Positions 17,912-26,068 of a DNA stretch of 64,000 bases are shown here, piece by piece; the first letter of the stretch is position 1; every line of letters starts with the position of its first letter. This DNA comes from an uncultured Pseudomonadota bacterium. Lineage in GTDB: Bacteria > Pseudomonadota > Alphaproteobacteria > Rs-D84. Below the pieces are notes generated by a model, which had not been told where the DNA came from, ran no database searches, and saw nothing but the letters and a program-made list of their open reading frames with translations. The stretch lies in assembly GCA_902793005.1 (NCBI GenBank), contig CADBBQ010000002.1, positions 131,243-195,242 on the forward strand, written 5' to 3'. A program made the translations under genes and the position numbers.

Positions 17912-18391
17912 GTGATGTTAATGGAAAAAAGACCAATTTCGCGCGCCGGATTCGACGGATTGCTGAAAGAATTAAAAGATTTAAAAGAAGTACAACGCCC
18001 GGAAATATTGCGTGTGGTACAATGGGCGCGGTCGCTGGGGGATTTGTCAGAAAACGCGGATTACAGTGCCGCGCGTGAAAAGCAACGCCAGATTGATAAA
18101 CGCATCCAATATATCGAAGATATTATTGCAAATGCAAATGTGATTGATGTGGATTCTTTGTCGGGAAATCGTGTCGTGTTTGGTGCGCGCGTTATTGCCG
18201 AGGATGAAGACGGTAATCGTATGCAATGTCGGATTTTGTCTGATGTGGAATCGGATGGTCGGCAAATTATATCTTGCACTTCGCCGGTGGGACGTGCGTT
18301 GATTGGAAAATGCGTTGGTGATTGTTGCACGGTGAAATTGCCGTCGGGCGAAAAAGAATTCGAAATTATCGAGGTTAAATTTAAAGAATAA
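17912..18391 (+). CDS. greA: transcription elongation factor GreA
   Basis: PISRAGFDGLLKELKDLKEVQRPEIL...ARSLGDLSENADYSAAREKQ...SPVGRALIGK. The true start may be ATG 17921. Confidence 0.93.
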   Translation: MMLMEKRPISRAGFDGLLKELKDLKEVQRPEILRVVQWARSLGDLSENADYSAAREKQRQIDKRIQYIEDIIANANVIDVDSLSGNRVVFGARVIAEDEDGNRMQCRILSDVESDGRQIISCTSPVGRALIGKCVGDCCTVKLPSGEKEFEIIEVKFKE

Positions 18392-18430
18392 CGCGTTAAT
18401 AAAAAAAGAAAGGCAAGGGGAATTTTTTTA

Positions 18431-20221
18431 ATGTCTGTTCGTGTTCTGCCAGATTTTTTGGTAAACCAAATTGCCGCCGGCGAGGTTGTTGAAAATCCCG
18501 CAAGTGCGGTCAAAGAATTGGTTGAAAATGCGCTGGACGCGGGGGCAACGCAAATTGTTGTGGATGTTGTTGATGGTGGACGGACATCTATATCGGTTGT
18601 GGATAATGGACGCGGTATGGGCAAAGATGACCTGGGGCGGGCTATAATGCGGCACGCAACATCAAAATTACCAACGGATGATTTAACAAATATTACATAT
18701 ATGGGTTTTCGTGGCGAGGCGTTACCGTCAATCGCGTCGGTTTCAAATATGACGATTGATACATATGCCGCGGGTGAACCTAATGGTTGGTCGTTGGATG
18801 CCACGACGGGTGAAATACGGCCCGCGGCGTGGGAGGGTGGTACGCGTATCAAAGTGCAAAATTTATTTGCAAATGTGCCGGCACGATTAAAGTTTCTGCG
18901 TGGTGACCGGGCGGAAACAATGTCGGTGTTGGATGTTATTAAACGCTTGGCGATGGCGCGTCGGGATGTCGGGTTTGTTTTGAACAATAAATGGTTTTTT
19001 CCGCGTGGCCAGGATTTAATGGCGCGTATGGCGTCCGTTATGGGTGATGATATTTTGGGTCGTATGTTGGAAATAGATGCCAAATCCGAATCGGATGATA
19101 TGACACTGACCGGGTTTATATCCGAACCAACATTGCGACGCGCGTCGTCCGTTGACCAATTTTTATTTGTAAATGGTCGCCCAATTAAAGACAAGGTTGT
19201 TGTTGGTGCGTTGCGTGCGGCGTATATGGATGTTATGCACGCACGGGAATTTCCGCTGTGTGCGTTATTTTTAAATTTAAATCCGGCAAATGTTGATGTT
19301 AATGTGTCGCCTGCAAAGACCGAGGTGCACTTTTTGGAACCGTCGCATATTCGTGCGTTTATAATAAAAAATCTGCGTGAAAAATTGTCCGAAACAATGA
19401 TGCAGGCAACGCATAATTTTGTTTCGCACGATATTGTCGCAACCCCGCACCAGATGAATATACCATCGTCGGATGCGTTATCAATGTCGGTACCGACATC
19501 GGGTGCGGCGCATATGCCTGGTGGGGGAATGCGTGTTGCGGATTCTGGGTGGAATAATCGTGATGATGCCAGGCCTGGTACGACGGATTTTGTTGTGAAT
19601 AAATTGGCGCAAACCGATACCCCGATGGCGCAAAATGTCGTGGATGCGTTTTCGGATTTTCCGTTGGGGCGCGCGATTGGGCAAATTGGCGATAAATATA
19701 TATTGGCGGAACATAATAACGATTTAATTATTATTGACCAGCACGCTGCGCACGAACGCATTACATACGAACGGGTGCGTCGGCACGCGATGAAAACCCA
19801 ACCTTTATTGACGCCAATTGTAATAAATATGCGGGCGGAAGATGTTGTGGCGGTGTTAACCGTTGCGGATGAATTAAAGGCGTCTGGATTGACATTGGAT
19901 GCGTTCGGTGATGATGCAATTGCGATTTTTGAAAAGCCGGCTGATTGGGATTTGAATTGGGCAAATTTATTGCACGATATCGCGGACGAGGTACGCGCCA
20001 ACGGACATTCGGTGCAATTAAATGAAAAACTGCATTTGAAATTGGCAAATTGGGCGTGTCATCATTCGGTGCGTGCGGGACAAAAGTTAGATTTGAATCA
20101 GATGAACGCATTGTTGCGCGATATTGAAAATACTACGCGTGGGGGGCAATGTAATCACGGGCGACCGGTGTATAAAATTATTCCAATTGCGGATTTAGAT
20201 GTTATTTTTGAACGCAGTTAG
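18431..20221 (+). CDS. mutL: DNA mismatch repair protein MutL
   Basis: LVNQIAAGEVVENPASAVKELVENALDAGAT (GHKL ATPase) and the C-terminal QHAAHERITYE endonuclease-region motif. Confidence 0.96.
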   Translation: MSVRVLPDFLVNQIAAGEVVENPASAVKELVENALDAGATQIVVDVVDGGRTSISVVDNGRGMGKDDLGRAIMRHATSKLPTDDLTNITYMGFRGEALPSIASVSNMTIDTYAAGEPNGWSLDATTGEIRPAAWEGGTRIKVQNLFANVPARLKFLRGDRAETMSVLDVIKRLAMARRDVGFVLNNKWFFPRGQDLMARMASVMGDDILGRMLEIDAKSESDDMTLTGFISEPTLRRASSVDQFLFVNGRPIKDKVVVGALRAAYMDVMHAREFPLCALFLNLNPANVDVNVSPAKTEVHFLEPSHIRAFIIKNLREKLSETMMQATHNFVSHDIVATPHQMNIPSSDALSMSVPTSGAAHMPGGGMRVADSGWNNRDDARPGTTDFVVNKLAQTDTPMAQNVVDAFSDFPLGRAIGQIGDKYILAEHNNDLIIIDQHAAHERITYERVRRHAMKTQPLLTPIVINMRAEDVVAVLTVADELKASGLTLDAFGDDAIAIFEKPADWDLNWANLLHDIADEVRANGHSVQLNEKLHLKLANWACHHSVRAGQKLDLNQMNALLRDIENTTRGGQCNHGRPVYKIIPIADLDVIFERS

Positions 20222-20251
20222 ATTTTTTTAATTGTTATAAATTTAAAAATA

Positions 20252-20260
20252 TGTTATCAT
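20252..20260 (+). promoter_or_regulatory. extended -10 promoter TGtTATCAT
   Basis: It lies 32 nt upstream of ATG 20292, and an AAGGAAGGA Shine-Dalgarno lies in between. Confidence 0.4.
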
Positions 20261-20291
20261 TAATGTCAAAGGTAGAAAAGGAAGGAAAAAT

Positions 20292-20876
20292 ATGAAAAAA
20301 ATCTTGGCGGGTTTATTTGGTATTTTGGTTGTGATGAGTGGCGCAAATGCGGTGGATCCGATTAAGGCCGCAACAACGAACACGGTTCGCAAATCTGTAT
20401 ATAATATTAATTATGGTGTGTCGGGGACCACCGATGGACGTGGTTATCGCCAGGGTGTTGTTCCACAAACCAATGAATTAAATACGGCACGTGGTGCGTC
20501 GGATATTGCAACGTCAGGTGTTACGGTTGGTAATTTGGCATCTGTGACGGCGTCCAATGGAACGGTTACGGCTGGTGGGACTGGTGGAACGTTGGCCAAT
20601 GGTGCTGCGCCAACACAGACAATTAAGGCGAATACGGCGAATATCGCGGTGTTGGATCGTGATAAATTGGTGGTGCCGGGCAGTGGGGGCAGTTGTGTGA
20701 ATGGTGCGCCGTGTGGTTATGTGTCAACGGGTGGTCATACGAATAATCCGGTTGGAACAACTGGGTTTGCGTCCGGAACAAATGACCGTGTGTGGTTAAA
20801 GATTCAGGGTGATTGTGCGGTTGACGGCAGTGGCAACGAAACCGGTTGCACATATGGTGCGGCACGCAGCAATTAA
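20292..20876 (+). CDS. secreted Gly/Thr-rich protein
   Basis: Signal peptide MKKILAGLFGILVVMSGANA. The mature part is rich in G/T/N/A with four Cys near the C-terminus. Confidence 0.6.
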   Translation: MKKILAGLFGILVVMSGANAVDPIKAATTNTVRKSVYNINYGVSGTTDGRGYRQGVVPQTNELNTARGASDIATSGVTVGNLASVTASNGTVTAGGTGGTLANGAAPTQTIKANTANIAVLDRDKLVVPGSGGSCVNGAPCGYVSTGGHTNNPVGTTGFASGTNDRVWLKIQGDCAVDGSGNETGCTYGAARSN

Positions 20877-20899
20877 TTCGGTTAATTTTAATTTATTTA

Positions 20900-20928
20900 T
20901 TCGGCATAATTTTATGCCGAATTTTTTT
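20900..20928 (+). terminator. rho-independent terminator
   Basis: TTCGGCATA (20900-20908) pairs with TATGCCGAA (20913-20921), followed by T7. Confidence 0.8.
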
Positions 20929-21017
20929 GTTTTTTTGTATTGGGAAAATTGTGGTTTTTTTCTTTACTTTTTGCGGTTTTTTGTCTATGTTTCACACATA
21001 ATCAAAAGGAGAAATCG

Positions 21018-21335
21018 ATGGAAAATACTGTTGATATGGTAAATGTTGTGACGCCGGATGCGGCCGCGGCCCAGACCGGTGGTTGGTTTGGAATGTTGGT
21101 ATATTGCGCGGTTGTATTTGGAATTATTTATTTCATTATGGTGCGTCCGGCCAAGAAACGTATGGCCGAATATCAAAAAATGATTGATTCTTTGAAAATT
21201 GGTAATCGCGTTTTGGCGGGCGGTATTTATGGAACAATTAAATCAATAAATGAAAAAACAATCGAATTAGAAATCGCCAAAGGCGTTGTTGTCGAGGTTA
21301 ACAAAAATGCCGTGGCGGGTGTTGAGCAAAAGTAA
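21018..21335 (+). CDS. yajC: preprotein translocase subunit YajC
   Basis: ATG 21018 follows AAAGGAGA. IIYFIMVRPAKKRMAEYQKMIDSLKIGNRVLAGGIYGTI is the YajC core. Confidence 0.9.
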   Translation: MENTVDMVNVVTPDAAAAQTGGWFGMLVYCAVVFGIIYFIMVRPAKKRMAEYQKMIDSLKIGNRVLAGGIYGTIKSINEKTIELEIAKGVVVEVNKNAVAGVEQK

Positions 21336-21351
21336 AGGTTGAGGTATCGTT

Positions 21352-22911
21352 ATGTTAAAAAAACTGGCAATTGTTTTTGTTGCGGTGTTTGGTGTCTTGT
21401 TGGCGGTGCCAACATTTGTGCCGGGGACGACAAAATATTTTCCGTCATTTATGCATCCAATTAATTTGGGCCTGGATTTAAAGGGCGGGGCACAATTATT
21501 ATTAGAGGTCAATACTGACCAAATGTTCGTCGATAAATCGGTGCAATTGTATGACGAGGTGCGTTCGGCTTTGGTTGACCGGTCGCGTGGCGTTATTCGT
21601 TTTTCAAATCTGCGTAATGCCGATGGGGTTATTACGTTAAATGTGCGTGATGCGGATGATGTTTCCCGTGCCAAGGGTCGGTTGAAATCGGTGCTGGGGA
21701 CGGCGGTTGATGTTTCGTCGTCGGGTAATGTTGTGCGTGTCGCATATACCGAAAAACAAAAACAAGAAATGATTAATGATGCGTTGGCACGCAGTATCGA
21801 AATTGTGCGTCGACGTATTGATGCCTTGGGGACCAAGGAACCGTCAATTCAAAGTCAGGGCGGTAAATATATATTGGTGCAATTGCCGGGTGTTGATAAT
21901 CCAGAACGTATCAAAGAATTAATTGGACAAACGGCCAAGATGACTTTTCATTTGGTAAATGAAAATGTGTCGCCTGAACAATTGGCGTCAAATCGTGCGC
22001 CGGCGGGCACAATGTTTTTGCCGTATATGGAAAATCCGTCGCAATTGGTGCCGGTTTATTCACGTGTCGAAGTGTCGGGTGAATCATTAAAAGATTCCCA
22101 GGCGGATTTTGACCAAAATAATATGCCGGTTGTGACAACTGTGTTTGATGCGTCGGGTGCGCGTCGGTTTGCAAAATTAACAACCGAACACGTGAACGAA
22201 CGGTTTGCAATTGTTTTGGATGGCAAGGTTTTGTCTGCGCCGAATATTCGTGAACCAATACCGGGTGGACGCGGTCAAATTTCGGGTGGATTTACATTAC
22301 AGGGTGCCAAAGATTTGGCGGTGCTGTTACGCAGTGGTGCGTTGCCGGCGCCGTTGGTTGTTATCGAAGAACGCACGGTTGGGGCCGGTTTGGGTGCGGA
22401 CACAATTGCGTCTGGAAAAATCGGTTCGGCGGTTGGTGTGTTGTTTATCGTGCTGTTTATGATATTGGTTTATGGAATGTTTGGGTTTATCGCCGATGTC
22501 GTGTTGTTGGTCAATCTGGCGATGATTATTGGTGTGTCGGCGTTGTTTGGTGCGACACTGACATTGCCGGGAATTGCGGGTATCGTTTTGACATTGGGTA
22601 TGGCGGTGGACGCAAATATTTTGCCGTATGAACGTATCCGGGACGAAGTGCGCGCGGGCGTGCCAACACTGCGTGCGGTTGATATGGGATTTACCCGTTC
22701 GGTCAAAACGGTTATGGATGGTAATTTGACGAATTTGATTTGCTCGCTGATATTGTTTGAATTTGGTGCGGGTCCGATTCGTGGTTTTGCCGTGACATTA
22801 TCAATTGGTGTGATAACAACTTTGTTTACGTGTTTGATGTTGTCGCGCGTGCTGATTGATTGGTGGATGGGTGGCAAAAATAAAAAAATTGGATTTATTA
22901 AAAATAAGTAA
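21352..22911 (+). CDS. secD: protein translocase subunit SecD
   Basis: LGLDLKGGAQLLLEV and the C-terminal six-TM RND-like domain GIAGIVLTLGMAVDANIL. Confidence 0.95.
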   Translation: MLKKLAIVFVAVFGVLLAVPTFVPGTTKYFPSFMHPINLGLDLKGGAQLLLEVNTDQMFVDKSVQLYDEVRSALVDRSRGVIRFSNLRNADGVITLNVRDADDVSRAKGRLKSVLGTAVDVSSSGNVVRVAYTEKQKQEMINDALARSIEIVRRRIDALGTKEPSIQSQGGKYILVQLPGVDNPERIKELIGQTAKMTFHLVNENVSPEQLASNRAPAGTMFLPYMENPSQLVPVYSRVEVSGESLKDSQADFDQNNMPVVTTVFDASGARRFAKLTTEHVNERFAIVLDGKVLSAPNIREPIPGGRGQISGGFTLQGAKDLAVLLRSGALPAPLVVIEERTVGAGLGADTIASGKIGSAVGVLFIVLFMILVYGMFGFIADVVLLVNLAMIIGVSALFGATLTLPGIAGIVLTLGMAVDANILPYERIRDEVRAGVPTLRAVDMGFTRSVKTVMDGNLTNLICSLILFEFGAGPIRGFAVTLSIGVITTLFTCLMLSRVLIDWWMGGKNKKIGFIKNK

Positions 22912-22922
22912 AGGTGGGTCTG

Positions 22923-23786
22923 ATGAATTTACATTTTATGAAATATCGCAAATTGTCGTATTGGGTGTCGGCCGTGTTGGTTGCGTTGTCGATATTGGCA
23001 TTGTGTTTCAAAGGCTTGAATTATGGTATCGATTTTTCGGGCGGTATATTGATGGAGGTTCGTCCCGTTGTCGCAGATTATACGATTGATAAAATGCGTT
23101 CTGCGTTGGCGGAATTTAAACCAGAATTGCAATCAGTTGACGGTGGGGCGGTTTTGGTGCGTGTTGGTTTGCCCAAGGGGTCAACGGATGTGCAACAAAA
23201 TCAACGCGTATCGCAAATAAAAAATATTTTGGGCGATAATGTTTCTTATTCCCAGGTACAAATCGTTGGACCAAAAATTGGTGGCGAATTAATTCGTGGC
23301 GGTATTTTGGCGGTATTAGTATCGTTCGTGTTGATGAGTATTTATATCTGGATTCGGTATCGCGGTGGTTATGCGGTTGGTTCGTTTGTGTCGTTGGTAT
23401 TGGATTTTGTTTTGATGTTTGGGTTCTTTTCAATTACCGGATTGGAATTCAATCAGACGGCAATTGCGGTTATTTTGATGGGTATTGGGTATTCTATTAA
23501 TGACAAGGTCGTAAACTATGACCGAATTGATGAAAATATCAAACGTTATCACAAGATGCCAATGGATGATTTAATTGATTTGTCGGTTAACGAAATGATG
23601 CGCCGAACATTGATGACCAGTATTTCAACAATTTTGGCAATGGTCGGTTTGTATGCGTTCGGTGGATTGATGTTGCGCGATTTTGCGATTGCAATGACTT
23701 TTTCTGTCGTGATGGGAACATTGACATCGATTTATATTTCTAATGTTATTTTGTATCACTTTAATTTGCGCGAAACAAAATATTAA
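22923..23786 (+). CDS. secF: protein translocase subunit SecF
   Basis: GLNYGIDFSGGILMEV...IGYSINDKVVNYDRIDEN. It directly follows secD. Confidence 0.95.
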   Translation: MNLHFMKYRKLSYWVSAVLVALSILALCFKGLNYGIDFSGGILMEVRPVVADYTIDKMRSALAEFKPELQSVDGGAVLVRVGLPKGSTDVQQNQRVSQIKNILGDNVSYSQVQIVGPKIGGELIRGGILAVLVSFVLMSIYIWIRYRGGYAVGSFVSLVLDFVLMFGFFSITGLEFNQTAIAVILMGIGYSINDKVVNYDRIDENIKRYHKMPMDDLIDLSVNEMMRRTLMTSISTILAMVGLYAFGGLMLRDFAIAMTFSVVMGTLTSIYISNVILYHFNLRETKY

Positions 23787-23821
23787 AAACATTGGTTAAT
23801 GCAAGGCAAAGGAGGGCATAA

Positions 23822-25291
23822 ATGAAAATATCAACAATAATTTGTTCGGGGTTACTTGCATTAACCGTGTGGACTGCGCACGCCGATGCGGTTGATGATG
23901 CGGCGGTTGGAACATTTGCGGAAATTTATGAAAAATTAAATTCTGTGCAATGGGGTGGAAAAAATATTGGTGTCGCAATCGAAGGTTTGGAACATTTAAG
24001 TCCAAATGCACATTTGGCGGCAACCGATGACAGAATTATTTTGGTGTGGCGCGATTCTATTGTTGGTAATTTTGCGCAACCGCGGCCCGGCGATTGGCAA
24101 GATTATGGCAAAATTACAACGGCGTTGATTGATAAAATGCGTGCGCGGGATGATAATTTGGCCGCGATGGGGATGGATGAAATTTATGAACGCGCATTTG
24201 AATCTTTGATGCAGACGATTGATGAAAATGGTAAATATATTCCGAAAAAAACTTTGTTGGCAAATTCTGATAATCGTATTTTAACCAGTGTCGGGATTTC
24301 GGGTTGGCGTGATGAGCGTGGTAATTTTCGTGTTGGGTCGGTAATTAATGGTTCACCGGCGGATATGGCGGGAATTCAAATTTATGATTTGATTGATGTT
24401 GTAAATGGTAAAAATGTCGCGGAAATGTCTGATGATGAATTGGGTGCGGTATTTCACGGGTTAAACAGTGGAACCGCAAAATTGCATTTGTTGACCCCAA
24501 CGGGTAATCGCAGTGTGGTTCTGCGTCGCGCGACAATTGTGGTGGCGGATGCGGATATTATTTATCGACCAATTGGAAACGATGGTGCGATTTTGGAAAT
24601 TGTTATAAATGAATTGACGGATAATGCGGTTAATATCGTGAACGAGGCGTTGGCAAAATATAAAAATGCAACGGGTGTGATTTTGGATTTGCGTGCGGCG
24701 TCGGGGGTGGATGCAAATGCGGCAACAAAATTGGCTGGATTGTTTTTGGGCGCGAAACCTATTATGCGCGTCAGTCAGACCGCCGGCGAAGATGTTGAAT
24801 ATGTGCCGGGTGGAAATAGTGCGACGGATGCGGCGGTTGTTGTGTTGATGTCAAATATGACCCGTGGCACGCCCGAGGCTGTGGCGTCGGCAATATATGA
24901 ATATGGACGTGGTGTTTTGGTTGGAACGCCAACCGCAGGCCAGGCCCGTATCGCCAGTCGTATTGATTTATCAAATGGTGCCGCGTTGGAATTGTTAAAT
25001 AAGTCTATTAAGACTGTGCGTGGGGTGTCGCTGGATTCGCGTGGCGTATTTCCAATTGTGTGTTTATCGAATATTCGTTCAAATAAACAACAAAATGCGT
25101 TCTTTGTAAATGTGATAAACAACGATTTTAATATTCAAGATTTTAACAAAAATAAAAATGTTGATGTCGCGGCGGTGCGTCGTGGTTGTCCTGTGATTAC
25201 CAGTGGTGATGATGAAGATATGATGTCGGCGGCGGTGGCAACAAAAATTTTAACTGATAAAATAATATATAATCGATTGATTGCAGAATAG
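23822..25291 (+). CDS. S41 (C-terminal processing peptidase)-like protein with PDZ domain, catalytic residues apparently substituted
   Basis: Signal peptide, PDZ-like VGSVINGSPADMAGIQIYDLIDVVNG, and S41 core ILDLRAASG...VVVLMSNMTRGTPEAVASAIYEYGRGVLVGTPTAGQA. Confidence 0.65.
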   Translation: MKISTIICSGLLALTVWTAHADAVDDAAVGTFAEIYEKLNSVQWGGKNIGVAIEGLEHLSPNAHLAATDDRIILVWRDSIVGNFAQPRPGDWQDYGKITTALIDKMRARDDNLAAMGMDEIYERAFESLMQTIDENGKYIPKKTLLANSDNRILTSVGISGWRDERGNFRVGSVINGSPADMAGIQIYDLIDVVNGKNVAEMSDDELGAVFHGLNSGTAKLHLLTPTGNRSVVLRRATIVVADADIIYRPIGNDGAILEIVINELTDNAVNIVNEALAKYKNATGVILDLRAASGVDANAATKLAGLFLGAKPIMRVSQTAGEDVEYVPGGNSATDAAVVVLMSNMTRGTPEAVASAIYEYGRGVLVGTPTAGQARIASRIDLSNGAALELLNKSIKTVRGVSLDSRGVFPIVCLSNIRSNKQQNAFFVNVINNDFNIQDFNKNKNVDVAAVRRGCPVITSGDDEDMMSAAVATKILTDKIIYNRLIAE

Positions 25292-25302
25292 GGGTTTTTG
25301 AT

Positions 25303-25986
25303 ATGTTTATTTCAAAACAAAATACGATTAGATGGAATTTGTTAATTATTGCAACACTGGTTGTGGTGGGTGTTGTTTTGTTGGGAATTCGTTGGTATGA
25401 TATTCCGTTGTATGTGTATTTACAGCAATATAATTATGTCGCGTGGCGTTGGTTCGCAAATATTTTCGATGGCAAGGTTTGGGTAATTGTATTCGGTTTG
25501 GCAACAATCGTGATGTATTTGAAAAAAACATATGATTTGCGTAATGACCCAACAACACATATGCATTGGTTTAATATAAAATTTTTAACCCGGGATGCGT
25601 ATGCAAAATTAAAAAACAGTAATGCGTTTTTGGTGTTCTGTTCTTTGGTTTTATCGGGCGTTGTTGTCGAGATATTGAAATTTGTAATTGGTCGTGCGCG
25701 TCCGATATTTTTTGACGAATTTGGAATTGTTGGATTTTTCCCAGGGACATTTGAGTGGGCATTTAATTCAATGCCATCGGGACATACGGCGTTGTCTTTT
25801 TCCGGTTTGGTTATGTTGGGGATGTTAATGCCACGGTTTAAAGTTTTAACCTGGGGATTGGCGATTTTAATTGGACTGTCGCGTGTGGCGATTGGTGCGC
25901 ATTGGCCGACCGATGTTATTTTGGGTGCGTTTGTCGGTATGGTTGCGGCCGATGTTGTGTTGGCAATCGTGCGACGGATAAAATAG
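25303..25986 (+). CDS. PAP2-family phosphatase (membrane)
   Basis: KFVIGRARP, PSGH and SRVAIGAHWPTD give the complete PAP2 tripartite motif. Confidence 0.85.
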   Translation: MFISKQNTIRWNLLIIATLVVVGVVLLGIRWYDIPLYVYLQQYNYVAWRWFANIFDGKVWVIVFGLATIVMYLKKTYDLRNDPTTHMHWFNIKFLTRDAYAKLKNSNAFLVFCSLVLSGVVVEILKFVIGRARPIFFDEFGIVGFFPGTFEWAFNSMPSGHTALSFSGLVMLGMLMPRFKVLTWGLAILIGLSRVAIGAHWPTDVILGAFVGMVAADVVLAIVRRIK

Positions 25987-25993
25987 TTTTATT

Positions 25994-26017
25994 TCGACGG
26001 GAAACCGTCGATTTTTT
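25994..26017 (+). terminator. rho-independent terminator
   Basis: TCGACGG, loop GAAA, CCGTCGA, followed by T6. Confidence 0.8.
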
Positions 26018-26053
26018 ATTTGTGTAAGTGTGCTTTTATTTTAGGATTTTTTG

Positions 26054-26062
26054 TGATACAAT
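26054..26062 (+). promoter_or_regulatory. extended -10 promoter TGaTACAAT, likely leaderless ftsK transcript
   Basis: The -10 ends at 26062 and ATG 26069 is the 7th nt downstream. Confidence 0.45.
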
Positions 26063-26068
26063 CGGGGT

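Noticed and set aside
18061-20001. 646-aa ORF antisense to mutL/greA as a protein-coding gene
   Set aside because: It is in the same antisense phase as every other long antisense ORF in the window. It has a TTG start without a Shine-Dalgarno, and its S/T/I/A/R-rich composition is typical of reverse-complement translation. It is kept only as a statistical curiosity in the findings, not as a CDS.
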